Program-made: the position numbers and the translations under genes
Shown here: positions 47,784-59,184 of the stretch, piece by piece
Layout: each line of letters starts with the position of its first letter
Numbering within the stretch: position 1 is the stretch's first letter
Assembly (NCBI GenBank): GCA_043228905.1
Contig: JBHGNT010000020.1
Coordinates: 10,850,001 to 10,914,000, forward strand
Source of the DNA: Azolla caroliniana
Lineage: Eukaryota; Plantae; Polypodiophyta
DNA: 64,000 nt
Reading direction: 5' to 3'
The notes under the pieces: model-generated
Databases searched by the model: none
What the model was told of the DNA's origin: nothing
Seen by the model: the letters and a program-made list of their open reading frames with translations, nothing else

Positions 47784-48935
47784 CATGAGTGAAGATTCAC
47801 CGTTCTCGATTGTTTGTCATCAGACTCATCGGTTTCTACTGAAGAGTATTGTTTGTCGACAGACTCACCATATTCTATTGAAGAATATTGTATGTCGACA
47901 GACTCACCATATTCTATCGAAGAATATTGTTTGAGCTCATCTACATGGAATATAAATAATGACACATGTGAAGAGTTCTCTATTGAAGAATACGATATTA
48001 ATAAAGATACGGAGAATGAAGGTAGTGCCAAGGAAACATTGAATAACATTGGTGATGGTCACAACAAAGAATTAGATTGTAACAAGGTTACACCAACCTC
48101 TATGCAGGAAGAGAAATCTGGGAGCCAATGCATATTAGAAGAATCCCACGAAGAATTCGTCTGGCTAGATTTAGCTTGGTGACATTAGATAAACAGATTG
48201 GATTTTATGTCAAAAAAATATGTTGTGCCCGTGGTTGTATGTCTATGATTGGAAAATCAAAGTTGTGAGAATTAAGGCGATACTATTTTTCGATGATCGG
48301 TGATGAGCAAGACACTTACCTCGAGTCACATATGCAACTAGTATCTGACAAATGTACGGGGATCAAAGTATCATTCGAGTATTATATCTTCCATGCGCAA
48401 CAGATATGTAGAGTTGCATTCAAAATGTGTTAGTAACATGCGACTACATAGAGTATAACAACGTCTACTTAACGGGGATCAGATGCTCAATTGTAAAGAG
48501 GTTCCAAGTATGAAAGGTGCAATTGGAAGACATGCTATTGGTTGGATGAAAACTTACTTTCAGTTAAATTGTGAAGTAATGCCCACTACAGGTAGGATGC
48601 ACCTTTCTGATAATTATACACGTCGGGAAGTTTATGATGTCTATCGATCTGATATGTTGGGCTCACGTAATAAGTCTATCACCTATAGCCAATTCACAAG
48701 ATTATGGAGAGCTCAGTTTTCAAATGTTATCATTCCTCGTAAAGTACGTATGGGGTATTGCTCCATTTGTGCAAATCTTAAAAGTTTGACTAAAGGTACA
48801 AAGACATCAATGGAAAAGGATATGAGTATGGAGAGCTCGGTTTTCAAATGTTATCATTCCTCGTAAAGTACGTATGGATTCACAAGATTATGGAGAGCTC
48901 GGTTTTCAAATGTTATCATTCCTCGTAAAGTACGT
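47784..48935 (+). pseudogene. Disrupted N-terminal part of the DNA transposase gene
   Basis: Acidic 13-aa repeats, CCARGC and ICRVAF segments with stops, then ORF 48483-48866, broken by a duplication/triplication at ~48690-49010. Confidence 0.55.
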
Positions 48936-50732
48936 ATGGGGTATTGCTCCATTTGTGCAAATCTTAAAAGTTTGGCTAAAGGTACAAAGACATCAATGGA
49001 AAAGGATATGAGTAAGAAGTTACTACAAGAGCATCGTGAGGCACAATCATTAGAACGAAAGAAGGCGATGCATCATAGAGAGAAGTGTTTGAAGAGGCCC
49101 AAACAATACATGTGCTTAATGATAGATGGCATGGACCAGAAGAAGACATGCTTGCCGAATATGCGGAGGCTCCCCAAAGATGTCAATGATGAGTGCCTTG
49201 TTCAAATGCACTTGGTGGGATGCTTGGCTTATAATAGGTTTGTTGGACCTCACGTCTTCATTACATACCCCAATGTTCACAATGACCCTAACCTAACAGT
49301 TACAGTCATTCACCGAGTTTTGATGTCTTGGGGCCAACCTTTCCCCCCTGTTCTATACATTCAATTGGACAATACTGCTAGAGAGAACAAAAATTCAACT
49401 GTGTTTGGCTATCTAAGTATGTTGGTCAACCAAGAATTGTTTAGGAAGGTGAAAGTCAATTTTCTTTTGGTTGGCCACACACATGACCATATAGATCAGA
49501 TGTTTAGCACATTCTCCAGACAGTTGTCTCGGCATGATGCTTTCACTTTACCTAAACTATTTGATGTCATTTGTGATGCATATACACCACGCCGAAAAGT
49601 GTTACACTTGAAGGAGGTATATGACTTTAAGAGATATATATCAAATGGGGGTGGTGGGAATGTTAAAGTGCTTGCTCAGTTAAACAATATAAGTTTCAAT
49701 CACATTTTTATGATAAAGAAAAATGGAATAAGTGGTTCTACACTTTTGTATGCTAAACAATATTCATCTTCTACAACATGGGAACCTGAAGGTGGTTGCC
49801 AGTTATTACTTTGTATGCCGAGTACAATTGTCCATGGAGCTAAACAAATGCCAATTGAGAAGAAAGGACAGTTGCAGAGCGACTTGGTATCAGAACAAAA
49901 ACGGTCATGGCTCCAAGCCTTAGAAGAAAAAAGAAACCATATTGAGGCCGCCAAGAAATATGCCGCACAACAAGACACGTCATGGTGGGATGTATTTTAT
50001 AGTGATCAGAAAGAAATTATAGACAATTGTGTATCTGGTGATAATTGGAATTTGGAAACGCCATTCACATGGTCGCTGCAACATGATCGCGTAAATAGAA
50101 CTCCGGAGCAACTAGCAAATGTGATTAATGACAGCTTAGTCCATCCACAACAAAGAGACATTTATGTGGAACCAAGGATGACCAAATCAGCCAAAGCTAG
50201 ATGGCAAGGCAATTTGCAAGAGCTCGCCGCGGGGATGTTGATTGCAACGCCGGCTGATGAGAACTCACATGGCCACCAATTTTGGGTTGGTAAAATTCTA
50301 GAAGTGCTAATGCATGAAATAGAAAACACAATCAAGTCTATAAATGTTCATTGGTACAACACTAGAAGTGCAAATGCTTTTACAGGTAAGTATACATTGG
50401 AGATGATTGAATGCCCAACAAGAAGGGGAGGTAGGAAGAGGAAGCGAAACATTCGTAACACCTCGACCCTTGATATCTCTGATGTGGATATCATCGTGTA
50501 CGACTTCACACTTACAAAAGCCGGACGATTAAGGAAGTCAACAATAGATATAATAAAAGAAAAATTACCAGGTCTACAAGGTGGCTCGAGTCAAAGGCAA
50601 ACGAGATCTGCTACATATAATCTAGAGTCAAACCATTTGGTTTATGACGAAGATAATGCACTGATTGGTACATCCGAGGATGACGAGGAGGAATCGTCAT
50701 TGTATATTAGTTATAGTAGTGATTCTCCGTAA
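48936..50732 (+). CDS. Sola-like (DUF7869-type) DDD transposase core with a C-terminal beta-barrel-like domain
   Basis: CSIC; IDGMDQKKT; LYIQLDNTARENKN; FLLVGHTHDHIDQMFS; basic NLS-like RRGGRKRKR. TIRs not located. Confidence 0.7.
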   Translation: MGYCSICANLKSLAKGTKTSMEKDMSKKLLQEHREAQSLERKKAMHHREKCLKRPKQYMCLMIDGMDQKKTCLPNMRRLPKDVNDECLVQMHLVGCLAYNRFVGPHVFITYPNVHNDPNLTVTVIHRVLMSWGQPFPPVLYIQLDNTARENKNSTVFGYLSMLVNQELFRKVKVNFLLVGHTHDHIDQMFSTFSRQLSRHDAFTLPKLFDVICDAYTPRRKVLHLKEVYDFKRYISNGGGGNVKVLAQLNNISFNHIFMIKKNGISGSTLLYAKQYSSSTTWEPEGGCQLLLCMPSTIVHGAKQMPIEKKGQLQSDLVSEQKRSWLQALEEKRNHIEAAKKYAAQQDTSWWDVFYSDQKEIIDNCVSGDNWNLETPFTWSLQHDRVNRTPEQLANVINDSLVHPQQRDIYVEPRMTKSAKARWQGNLQELAAGMLIATPADENSHGHQFWVGKILEVLMHEIENTIKSINVHWYNTRSANAFTGKYTLEMIECPTRRGGRKRKRNIRNTSTLDISDVDIIVYDFTLTKAGRLRKSTIDIIKEKLPGLQGGSSQRQTRSATYNLESNHLVYDEDNALIGTSEDDEEESSLYISYSSDSP

Positions 50733-51095
50733 AGGAGTGATCATGAATGTATATTTGGCTATTAAGTGTAACTACATTCCGCTTGTAACAAATCGAGTAA
50801 TATAAAAGCATGTGTTTTGAATTCTTATGATTTCTAAAAAATCGTTTGTTATAAAATAACATTGGTTGTAAAGTTTGTGATATAAATTGAGAATGTATCT
50901 TTTTGAAATTCATCTTTTTTTAGTTACTTCTAAATCACTAAAATAGTGGATTTTTAACCTTTTTCATAGTATGTTTGAACATGTATGATACTGGTATCAA
51001 TGTGTTTTGTAAAATCATTGAAAAAGCCCTAAAATCAACCAAAATTTCCCTTATCCTTCCATTTATGCGCGATCCTTCCACTTGTGAACGCGAAC

Positions 51096-52959
51096 GTGTT
51101 AACAAGACTCCTGACTCAACTGGTTCAACAAATGTCGATCGTCAAAAAGAACCAATCGAAGAATCCAAACCAGATATTACGGCACCCAGGAGATCTGGAC
51201 GAGCTCGAAGGCCAACAGAGTTTTATCAACCGGGCCTTGACTACATCAACTACACATGTGCAGGCGAACCAAGCACGTATGACGAAGCTATGGCCGCACC
51301 TGACGCCGAAACATGGTTGTAGGCCATGAAATCCGAAATGGACTCGATTCATCAGAATCAGACATGGGAGCTGGTCAAACTACCAACAGGAAGAAAGCCG
51401 CTACCTTGCAAATGGGTGTTCCGATACAAGTATGTATCCGACTCAGAGAAACCCAAGTACAAAGCTCGGCTTGTCGCGAAAGGTTTCAAACAGGAATACG
51501 GGGTCCTACGACGAGATATTCTCACCAGTAGTCAAGATGACCACCCTCCGACTCCTACTAGGAGTCGTTGCGACAGAAGATCTAGAGCTCGAGCAAATGG
51601 ATGTAAAGACGGCATTCCTACACGGAGATCTGGACGAAGACATATACATGTCTCAACCGGCAGGCTTCACGGCGACGGGGGAGGACAATCACCTCATATA
51701 CATACCAAAGAAAAGTTTATATGGCCTCAAACAAGCGCTGAGAATGTGGTACCAGAAGTTCAACTCCCACATAAGGCAACTTGGATACAATAGATCAAAC
51801 TCTGACCCATGCATGTATGTTCGGCAACTGGCCGACGAGTCCAGGATTTATCTGATCCTTTATGTCAACGACATGTTGATTGCAGGGAGCAATCAAGCAG
51901 AGATCGGAAAGCTCAAATGGAGTCTTCACGCAAAATTCGAGATGAAGGAACTAGGACAAGGCTGACATATATTGGGCATGAGGATAGAGCGAAATTGGAC
52001 GACCAGGACTCTCCGACTCTCCCAATCCGACTACATCTGCAAGGTGCTGAAGTGCTTCAACATGGAGAATGCAAAGCCAGCACCAACACCGCTTCCAAAG
52101 TCGATCAGACTATCGGACAGAGACTCTCCTGCAAACGACAAGGAGAGAGAGCTTAATGGAAAGATACCCTACGCATCGGCAGTAGGAAGTATCATGTACG
52201 CAATGGTGGCGACCCGACCCAACCTAGCCTATGCCATAGGGGTGGTCAGCCGGTACATGTCAAACCCAGGAAAGAACCATTGGGAGGTCTTCAAGCACAT
52301 CCTTAGGTATCTGAAAGGAACCACGGATGTACAACTGACATTCGATTTGACAACATCAACTGAAGTCGTGAGACGGTACAACAGCCCCTAGAATTGATCC
52401 ATATAGACATATGTGGGTTGATGCTCGAAAGATCACTAGGTAGCTCCCGATACTTCATCACTTTTGTCGATGATTGTACACAAAAGGTATGGGCCTATTC
52501 AATTAGGTCCAAAGATGAAGCGCTCGAGATCTTCGCTCGATGGTCAGTCGAAGTGGAGAACCAATCAGGATACCGAGTGAAGACACTTAGATCCGACAAC
52601 GGGGGTGAATATACCTCCTGATCCTTCAAACAATACATGTTCAACAAAGGGATTCAGCACCAAAAGACCTTTCCATACACACCCATGCAAAATGGAGTAG
52701 TTGAACTGATCAACCGAACAATCCAGGAGAGGGTGACAACAATGCTCCAACAAGTCGGACTAAAACTGGAGTTCTAGGCCGAAGCATTGCAAACGGCAGT
52801 CTATCTGATAAATCTATCACCGTCGAAAACAATAAGGCTCGAAGTGTCACAAGCACTATGGTTAGGCAAACAGAAGACCTATAATAGTCTCCATATATTC
52901 AAATGCGAAGCCTACGCATTTATCCCTAGGGGGAAAAGGGCCAAGTTGGCACCCCACGC
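51096..52959 (+). pseudogene. Copia fragments: RT (51096-~52365) followed by integrase (~52366-52959)
   Basis: PRRSGRARR, KARLVAKGF, MDVKTAFL and LYVNDML, then IHIDICG, FVDDCT and RSDNGGEY. Confidence 0.8.
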
Positions 52960-53250
52960 TGTCTTGAAAATCCATCACTATGTGCGGATCGTGAAGCGGA
53001 ACCGCCGGGGTTATGGACGACAAGGAAATAGGACTTACACGCACAACACAAGGAAGGCTTACACAAACAAGGCACGAGTATTCAAACGTGTTTGTGAAAA
53101 GGAGAGGTGCATGGGCAAGCCCGAATCAACCCCTAGTCACAAGCCGAACGAAGGCACGTGAGGAAGGCTTACACACGGTCACACAAGGAAAAGGCTTACT
53201 TACACACACTTTGTCTTCAGTCTTGTTTCACCATAAGATGAGCTAAGTGA
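52960..53250 (-). mobile_element. Partial LTR (U5 end) related to the LTR at 45593-46924
   Basis: tgtcttgaaaatccatcactatgtgcggatcgtga...gaaccgccggggtt matches the reverse complement of 46870-46924; preceded by ACGC. Confidence 0.7.
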
Positions 53251-53990
53251 TTGAGACCCTTCTTCACTAGATATAGTTGGGGCTCACAATGACTTTCTTC
53301 ACTAATTTGCATTTTAGCTTTGATATAACCAACAATCTAGTGAATCCATCTATAGAGGTGTGAGCCAAGATGCTAGTTGGGGCTCACAATGACCTAACAC
53401 ATTAACTTGCCAAGGCCCAAGCATGGTATCAAGAGAAAGTTTATTGGCACCAAGATGCACGCCTAACCTTAAGGTTGGTGACAAGGTTTGTCTTTTGCAT
53501 CAAATTAGATCATCTTGTTTTACAGGGAGATTAATTACAATTACATTTTCAATGTTCGTGGAGATGAAGGACATGGTCATTTCGATATGGGAGATTGTAG
53601 ATGGAGGCTATCCAAGGCAGCCCACCACGTTTTACCCCAAGCATCATGGACTGTTTTTTGTGTCTTCGACTGCAACAACTAAAGTAGATCTTGACGTACA
53701 AAGCATTTGCCAAATAGCAACACCTAGTGGACATCCAGGTGATGGTGAACAACTTCAGTATATGCAGAACCAAATGCAAACATGGAGTTTTTAGACTACC
53801 ACCCATGGTGGATAGCCAAGGTATGTTGAGTATGATTACTACCAAGATATGTATTCTCTGGGACCGCAGGAATTTGTTTATATGTTGAGTGTGGGTGTTG
53901 TTGGCAAAGGCTGAGCTTGTTTTCATGGATTATAATTAACCTTATCTTGCCAAATGCCATCGTTTATATTTGGTCCTTTTTTATGATAGA

Positions 53991-56900
53991 TGTGGGTACG
54001 AGTTCTATGTGAGGAAACGTGTATGGATCTGTAGTCACAACTGAACAACAAGCAACACATACAGAAAATAGAATAGGCGTGGAGACTTACACAGATGGAG
54101 ATTTAATGGAAAGCTTCTTATTACTTTGTTCTTTCTCAGAGATACAATAGTCTGCTCGTCATTACTCATTACAATGTTAGGTATTCGCTTATATACTAAG
54201 CCTTAACTTATTAACGAGTTCACACTAGGACGGATACAATTTGGAAGGAGTCGGCCTTTTATGCCAACAAACTCCCCCGTAAAAAGACTACTCTTTCTTG
54301 CATGTACAAGTGCTTGGGGTTATCTCCCTCGTAAACCTAGATTACAAATTTAACTAGATCTTATGTTACAAGTCTATCGGCAAGTAGCCGAGTCGGCAGA
54401 GGTATAGTATGAGTGTCGTTCAGCTCTTACTGAGCTCGTCCAGATCTCCTAGGTGTCATAATATCTTGTTCGGATCCTTCGATCAGTATTTGTTGAACAG
54501 TTGAGTCAGCACTCTTGTGAGGTGTCCTGCCCTCGGTTTGAGATTTCAGCGATGTCTGGTTGTTCTCCCCTACGGTTGTTGTCGACTCGGTTCTGACTTG
54601 CCTCTTAGTGACTCTGCCTTTGTCGACTCTTGTCGATTCGGCTGTGTCTTTGAAGACTCTGTCATTAAGTTCGACGATAGGACTTGTTGTCAATTCGGTG
54701 TCAGCAGGGATGTTGGCAGCTTGTTGGAGTTCAACTGTTTGTCGAGTCTCCAATTTGGCCCGGTTGGTCGGTCCTTCCACGACAATGTTGTCATCTTTGA
54801 AGGATACCTTCTTACCACCTGTTTTCTGTTGGTTCCGCTGAGAGAAGATAGAGTCTTCATTGAAGACTACCTCGCTGCTCCGGATCAATTTCCGGTTCTC
54901 TGGATCCCATAGCCGGTAGTCGAAGTCCCCATCGGTTCCATAACTGAGAAATATGCACTTTGTTGCATAGGGTGCCAACTTCGTCCTTTTGTCCCTGGGG
55001 ATGAACGCGTAGGCTTCACATCCGAATATATGGAGCCTATTGTAGGTCGGTTGTTTGCCTGACCATAGTGCATGTAGCACTTCGAGCCTGATTGCTCTTG
55101 ACGGCGCTAGATTTATCAGGTACACTGTCGTCTGCAATGCCTCAGCCCAGAATTCCAACTTTAGTCTAGCTTGATGGAGCATTGTCGTCACCCTCTCGTG
55201 GATCGTTCGGTTGATCCGTTCAGCCACCCCATTCTGCATGGGTGTGTAAGGAACGGTCTTTTGATGCCGGATCCCTTTTTCAGACAAGTAATGTTTGAAG
55301 GCTCTGGAGGTGTACTGACCTCCATTGTCGGATCGGAATGTCTTCACTTTGTGTCCCGACCAGTTCTCCACTTCAGATATCCATCGAGTGAAGACCTTGA
55401 GCGCTTCATCTTTGGACTTGATGGAGTATGCCCAAACTTTCCGTGTACAGTCATCTACGAATGTGATGAAGTACTAGGAGCCTCCTAGTGATCGCTCTGG
55501 CATGGGCCCACATATGTCTGTGTGCACGAGCTCTAGGGGTTGTCGTACCATCTCGTAGTGGAGAGAGTGCGAACTTCAAGTCTGTTTCCCATATCGACAA
55601 TGCTCGTAGAAGTCCGTCTTTGCCTGGAGTTTCGGGATGTAGCCAACCAACATCAGTCGATCAAGTCCGGCTTGAGACATGTGGCCAAGTTGGACATGCC
55701 ATAAGTTCAGGTCGGTTTTCTCGGCTACACTCACGGCCCCTTCAAGGTTGATTGCCATCAATGGGTATAGATTATTATACTTATGCCCACTACCGATAAA
55801 TTTGAGGTTTCCTCGACTGATCGCCCATGTTGACTCATGTAGAGTCGTTTGATACCCGTCTTCGACTAACATGCCGATGGAGACCAGACTCCACTTTAGA
55901 TCGGGTACGTGTCGAACTCGGTGCAGGGTTATTGTGTTGCCATTTGGCAATCTGATGGGAACCTCCTCGGTTCCGGCTATCTTGCACTCCTACCCGTTTC
56001 CCAATCGGATTGTGCCGCTAGCGTCGACTGAATAGTTCAAGAACCATTCAACATTGGGGGTCACGTGAAATGTGGCACCAGAGTCTAGTAGCCACGTACG
56101 TGCAACTTGTGCACTATAGAGGACTTCTCCGATCATCGAATCCTCTAGGGAGAGGATTTCTCCGGATCGGGTGTCGGCAACATTGATCTGGTTGCCGACT
56201 GGAGAGTGGTCCGAGTCCGAACGTCCCCGATTCCGCTCGGATCGCCGACCACTCTCTTTTCTTTTTATTGACCAGCAGTCGGAAATATTGTGGCCAACTT
56301 TCCTGCAATGTGTGTAGTACTCACTTGTTCGGCCCGTTCTCGACTTCGACCGCTATCAGTCACCCCTTGTTTTCGATCGGTTGTAGCAACGACTTGTTCT
56401 GTCGGCTTGTTCTTTCGTTCAACTCTATCAGTCGTACAACTTGGTCGAGTGATGGGCTTCTGCCGACTCATCGATGGTTAGTCCCATCGATTTTCGCATG
56501 ATGTCCTCTGTGAGGACTTGGCCGGCTATTGGTGTAAGTCGTACATAATACCTCCCAACTCGCCGGCAAGCTCAATAGGAGGCAAGGGCTTTCACTTATT
56601 CTTCAAAGTTGATCCCTTGTGACGAGAGCTCTGACAACACCCGGTTGAAGGTGTTGATGTGGGAGGTTGCCGGATCAGTCTCTTTCATCCTCATGTTGAA
56701 CAATTGTTTGATCAATATCAGTTTCGAAGATGAGGACTTCTTCTCATAGGTTGCTTGTAGCTTCTCCCACAATGAGAACAATTTCGTCTCTTTCACCATG
56801 CTGAAATAGACGTTTTCGGCCAGATGCATTCGAATGGTGGAGTGTGTGATTTCGTCCGTTGATCTCCACTCCTCGGTTGTCATTGAAGTAGGTTTTTCAC

Positions 56901-57402
56901 TATGTCGAATGGCTTCAACCTGTCTTCGAATGATCAGCACATCTTGCATCATCTCCTTCCACAAGGCAAAGTTTTTGCCGTCGAATTTTTTGATTTCAAC
57001 TCCTATTCTAGATGTTGAAGTCGTATTCTGTTTGTGAACTTGAGATTTCTGGCCTGGTCTTTTCTTTCAGCTTCTTTTGTTGTTTGTTGCCGCCAAACAG
57101 CAAAGATTCGCTATGATACCAATTGTGGGTACGAGTTCTATGTGCGGAAACATGTATGGATCTGTAGTCACAACTGAACAGCAAACAACACATACAGAAA
57201 ATAGAATAGGCGTGGAGACTTACACAGATGGAGCTTTAATGGAAAGCTTCTTATTACTTCGTTCTTTCTCAGAGATACAATAGTCTGCTCATCATTACTC
57301 ATTACAATGTTAGGTATTCGCTTATATACTAAGCCCTAACTTATTAACGAGTTCACACTAGGACGGATACAATTTGGAAGGAGTCAGCCTTTTATGCCAA
57401 CA
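53991..57402 (-). mobile_element. Copia with both LTRs (53991-54269, 57124-57402) but RT-RNaseH deleted; TSD ATAGA/ATAGG
   Basis: 279-bp LTR pair; PBS TGGTATCATAGC; PPT acgggggagtt; gag, PR (WLLDSGA) and INT (RSDNGG, QNGVAER). The sequence jumps from PRRSGRAQ* to the 3' UTR. Confidence 0.9.
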
Positions 57403-57485
57403 ATAGGTACTTGTGGAGTGGAAACTATTATGTACAATTTGTAGTTTGCCTTTGGCATTGTTAATTTTAATACCAATGGAGCATA

Positions 57486-58200
57486 TTGTTTATGGGGAAA
57501 AAAAGGAGATTGGAACCCTTCCACCTCTCTAGACATATTAATCTCGTAGCCTTCCGTCTTGCCCTACCAACACATTTCCAAATCCACGATGTGCTACCAT
57601 ATTATGAATCTCCAATTCTCAAGAGACAATCTATAGAGCCTCCCACCACACAACTTGAGGATGGGGAAGAGTACAAACTCAAGGATAATTTGGACTCAAG
57701 AAAAATTCATCATTGGCACACTACTTCATCTCTTGGAAGGTTATCCTTCATCAGAGGCCACTTGAAACCGAACTTCCACCTTGATAATGCAACCTAATAT
57801 AGTTTCCAAGTTCCATTACTATTATCCACACAAGCTCATTCCTACTTGAAGTCGGTGAAGAAGGGGATGATGTCATGACCTGTGAATGTGTCATCTCACT
57901 AATGTAAAGAGTTAGAGAGGATGTGGTATTGTAAAGTTGGGAGGGGTGTATTTGTTGGTTGTCATGTGTAAGGCTCTAAAGTCACATGTTAATTCATGCA
58001 TGGCTTATCAATTGTATAAAAGGAGGTCTTCATCGTAGTTTATTCTCAAGATGATCAACACATGTCATTGAATTCAAGCTTCTTATTTGTGTCACCTCCG
58101 TGAATTCATCCAATGAAAAATTTTACCCTTTTATTCCATGCCCAATTTTGCATTCTCAAATCCTACAAGCTACAATTATTAAGTAGAAAATATGCAACAT
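57486..58200 (+). mobile_element. Very old chromovirus 3' remnant (GPY/F region, chromodomain, PPT, LTR from 57871); upstream piece at ~53420-53520
   Basis: INLVAFRLALPTHFQIHDV and LEDGEEY; aagaaggggatga|TGTCATGA; PNLKVGDKV at ~53460. Confidence 0.55.
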
Positions 58201-58370
58201 TTCAGTATAGAACTTAGGCGTATTTATTTTATTTGTTCAGTAACCAAACACCTAACAAATCGCATAGAATGGTACCATTGGCACTACAATGCAACACAAT
58301 AACTTCCTTGAATTGATATTTGCCATATTGATTTTAATCCTCTGTTTGTTCCACTATAAGTGCATCCATG

Positions 58371-59184
58371 TGACGGGAACTCAACGCTCCTTATGCACAA
58401 AGCTCGGCCTCAACCGAGATTCTTTTCATACACAGAAAACAGGAAACGAAAAACACGACTCAAAGGAGAGGAAGATACACAGGAGGTTTACGTGGAAAAC
58501 CCAAAGAGGGAAAAACCACGGCAGCCCACAGGCTGCAAACTGTCACTATGTGAGAATGTACAACAGTGAGTTCACTGAGGCAACGACCTCGTGCTCACAG
58601 ATCTTCGCCACAGGCGGCGGTTACAACAGAGGCAACGACCTCTTTCTCTCTCTCTCTCTCTCTCTGTACACTATTACGTGCTCTCTCTTCTTCTTGCACC
58701 AACAAGGAAAAATGACAACAACAGTTACTAAAAGTTTGCCCTAAGTCATATTTATACTAATATGACTTTTCGGCTATTTACAAATGTAGCCTCGATGGGC
58801 TCTCAGAAACATATTTACGAATATGTCTCTTCATCCAGTTCTCACCGGGTCTGTACCATCCGGCTCTCCGTAGCCGGGTATACCTCATCCGGTCTTCACC
58901 GGGTCTGTATCATCCAACTCTCCGTAGCCAGGTACTCCTCATCCGGTTCATACCGGGCCTGCACCATCCGGCTCTCCGTAGCCGGGTATTCCTCATCCGG
59001 TTCATACCGGGCCTGCACCATCCGGCTCTCCGTAGCCGGGTATTCCTCATCCGGTCTTCATACCGGGCCTGCACCATCCGGCTCTCCGTAGCCTGGTCCT
59101 CCTCATACGGTTTCGGCCTCGGCCGAGTTTGTTCATCGGCACTGTTCTTCTCCCTTCCCATCCGGAGGGACCTGTCTCCCAACA
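58371..59184 (-). mobile_element. Solo LTR related to the Tork-like Copia LTR, TSD CCATG, with ~5 x 54-bp U3 repeats
   Basis: TG...CA ends; CCATG at 58366-58370 and 59185-59189; shares tttacgtggaaaaccc, gccacaggcggcggt and cccatccggagggacc with the 31131 LTR. Confidence 0.9.

Noticed and set aside
51040-51095. Right TIR of the Sola-like element
   Set aside because: No matching inverted copy found upstream in the window.
53520-53990. Possible captured gene fragment
   Set aside because: Frames are short with stops and I cannot assign homology without a search.
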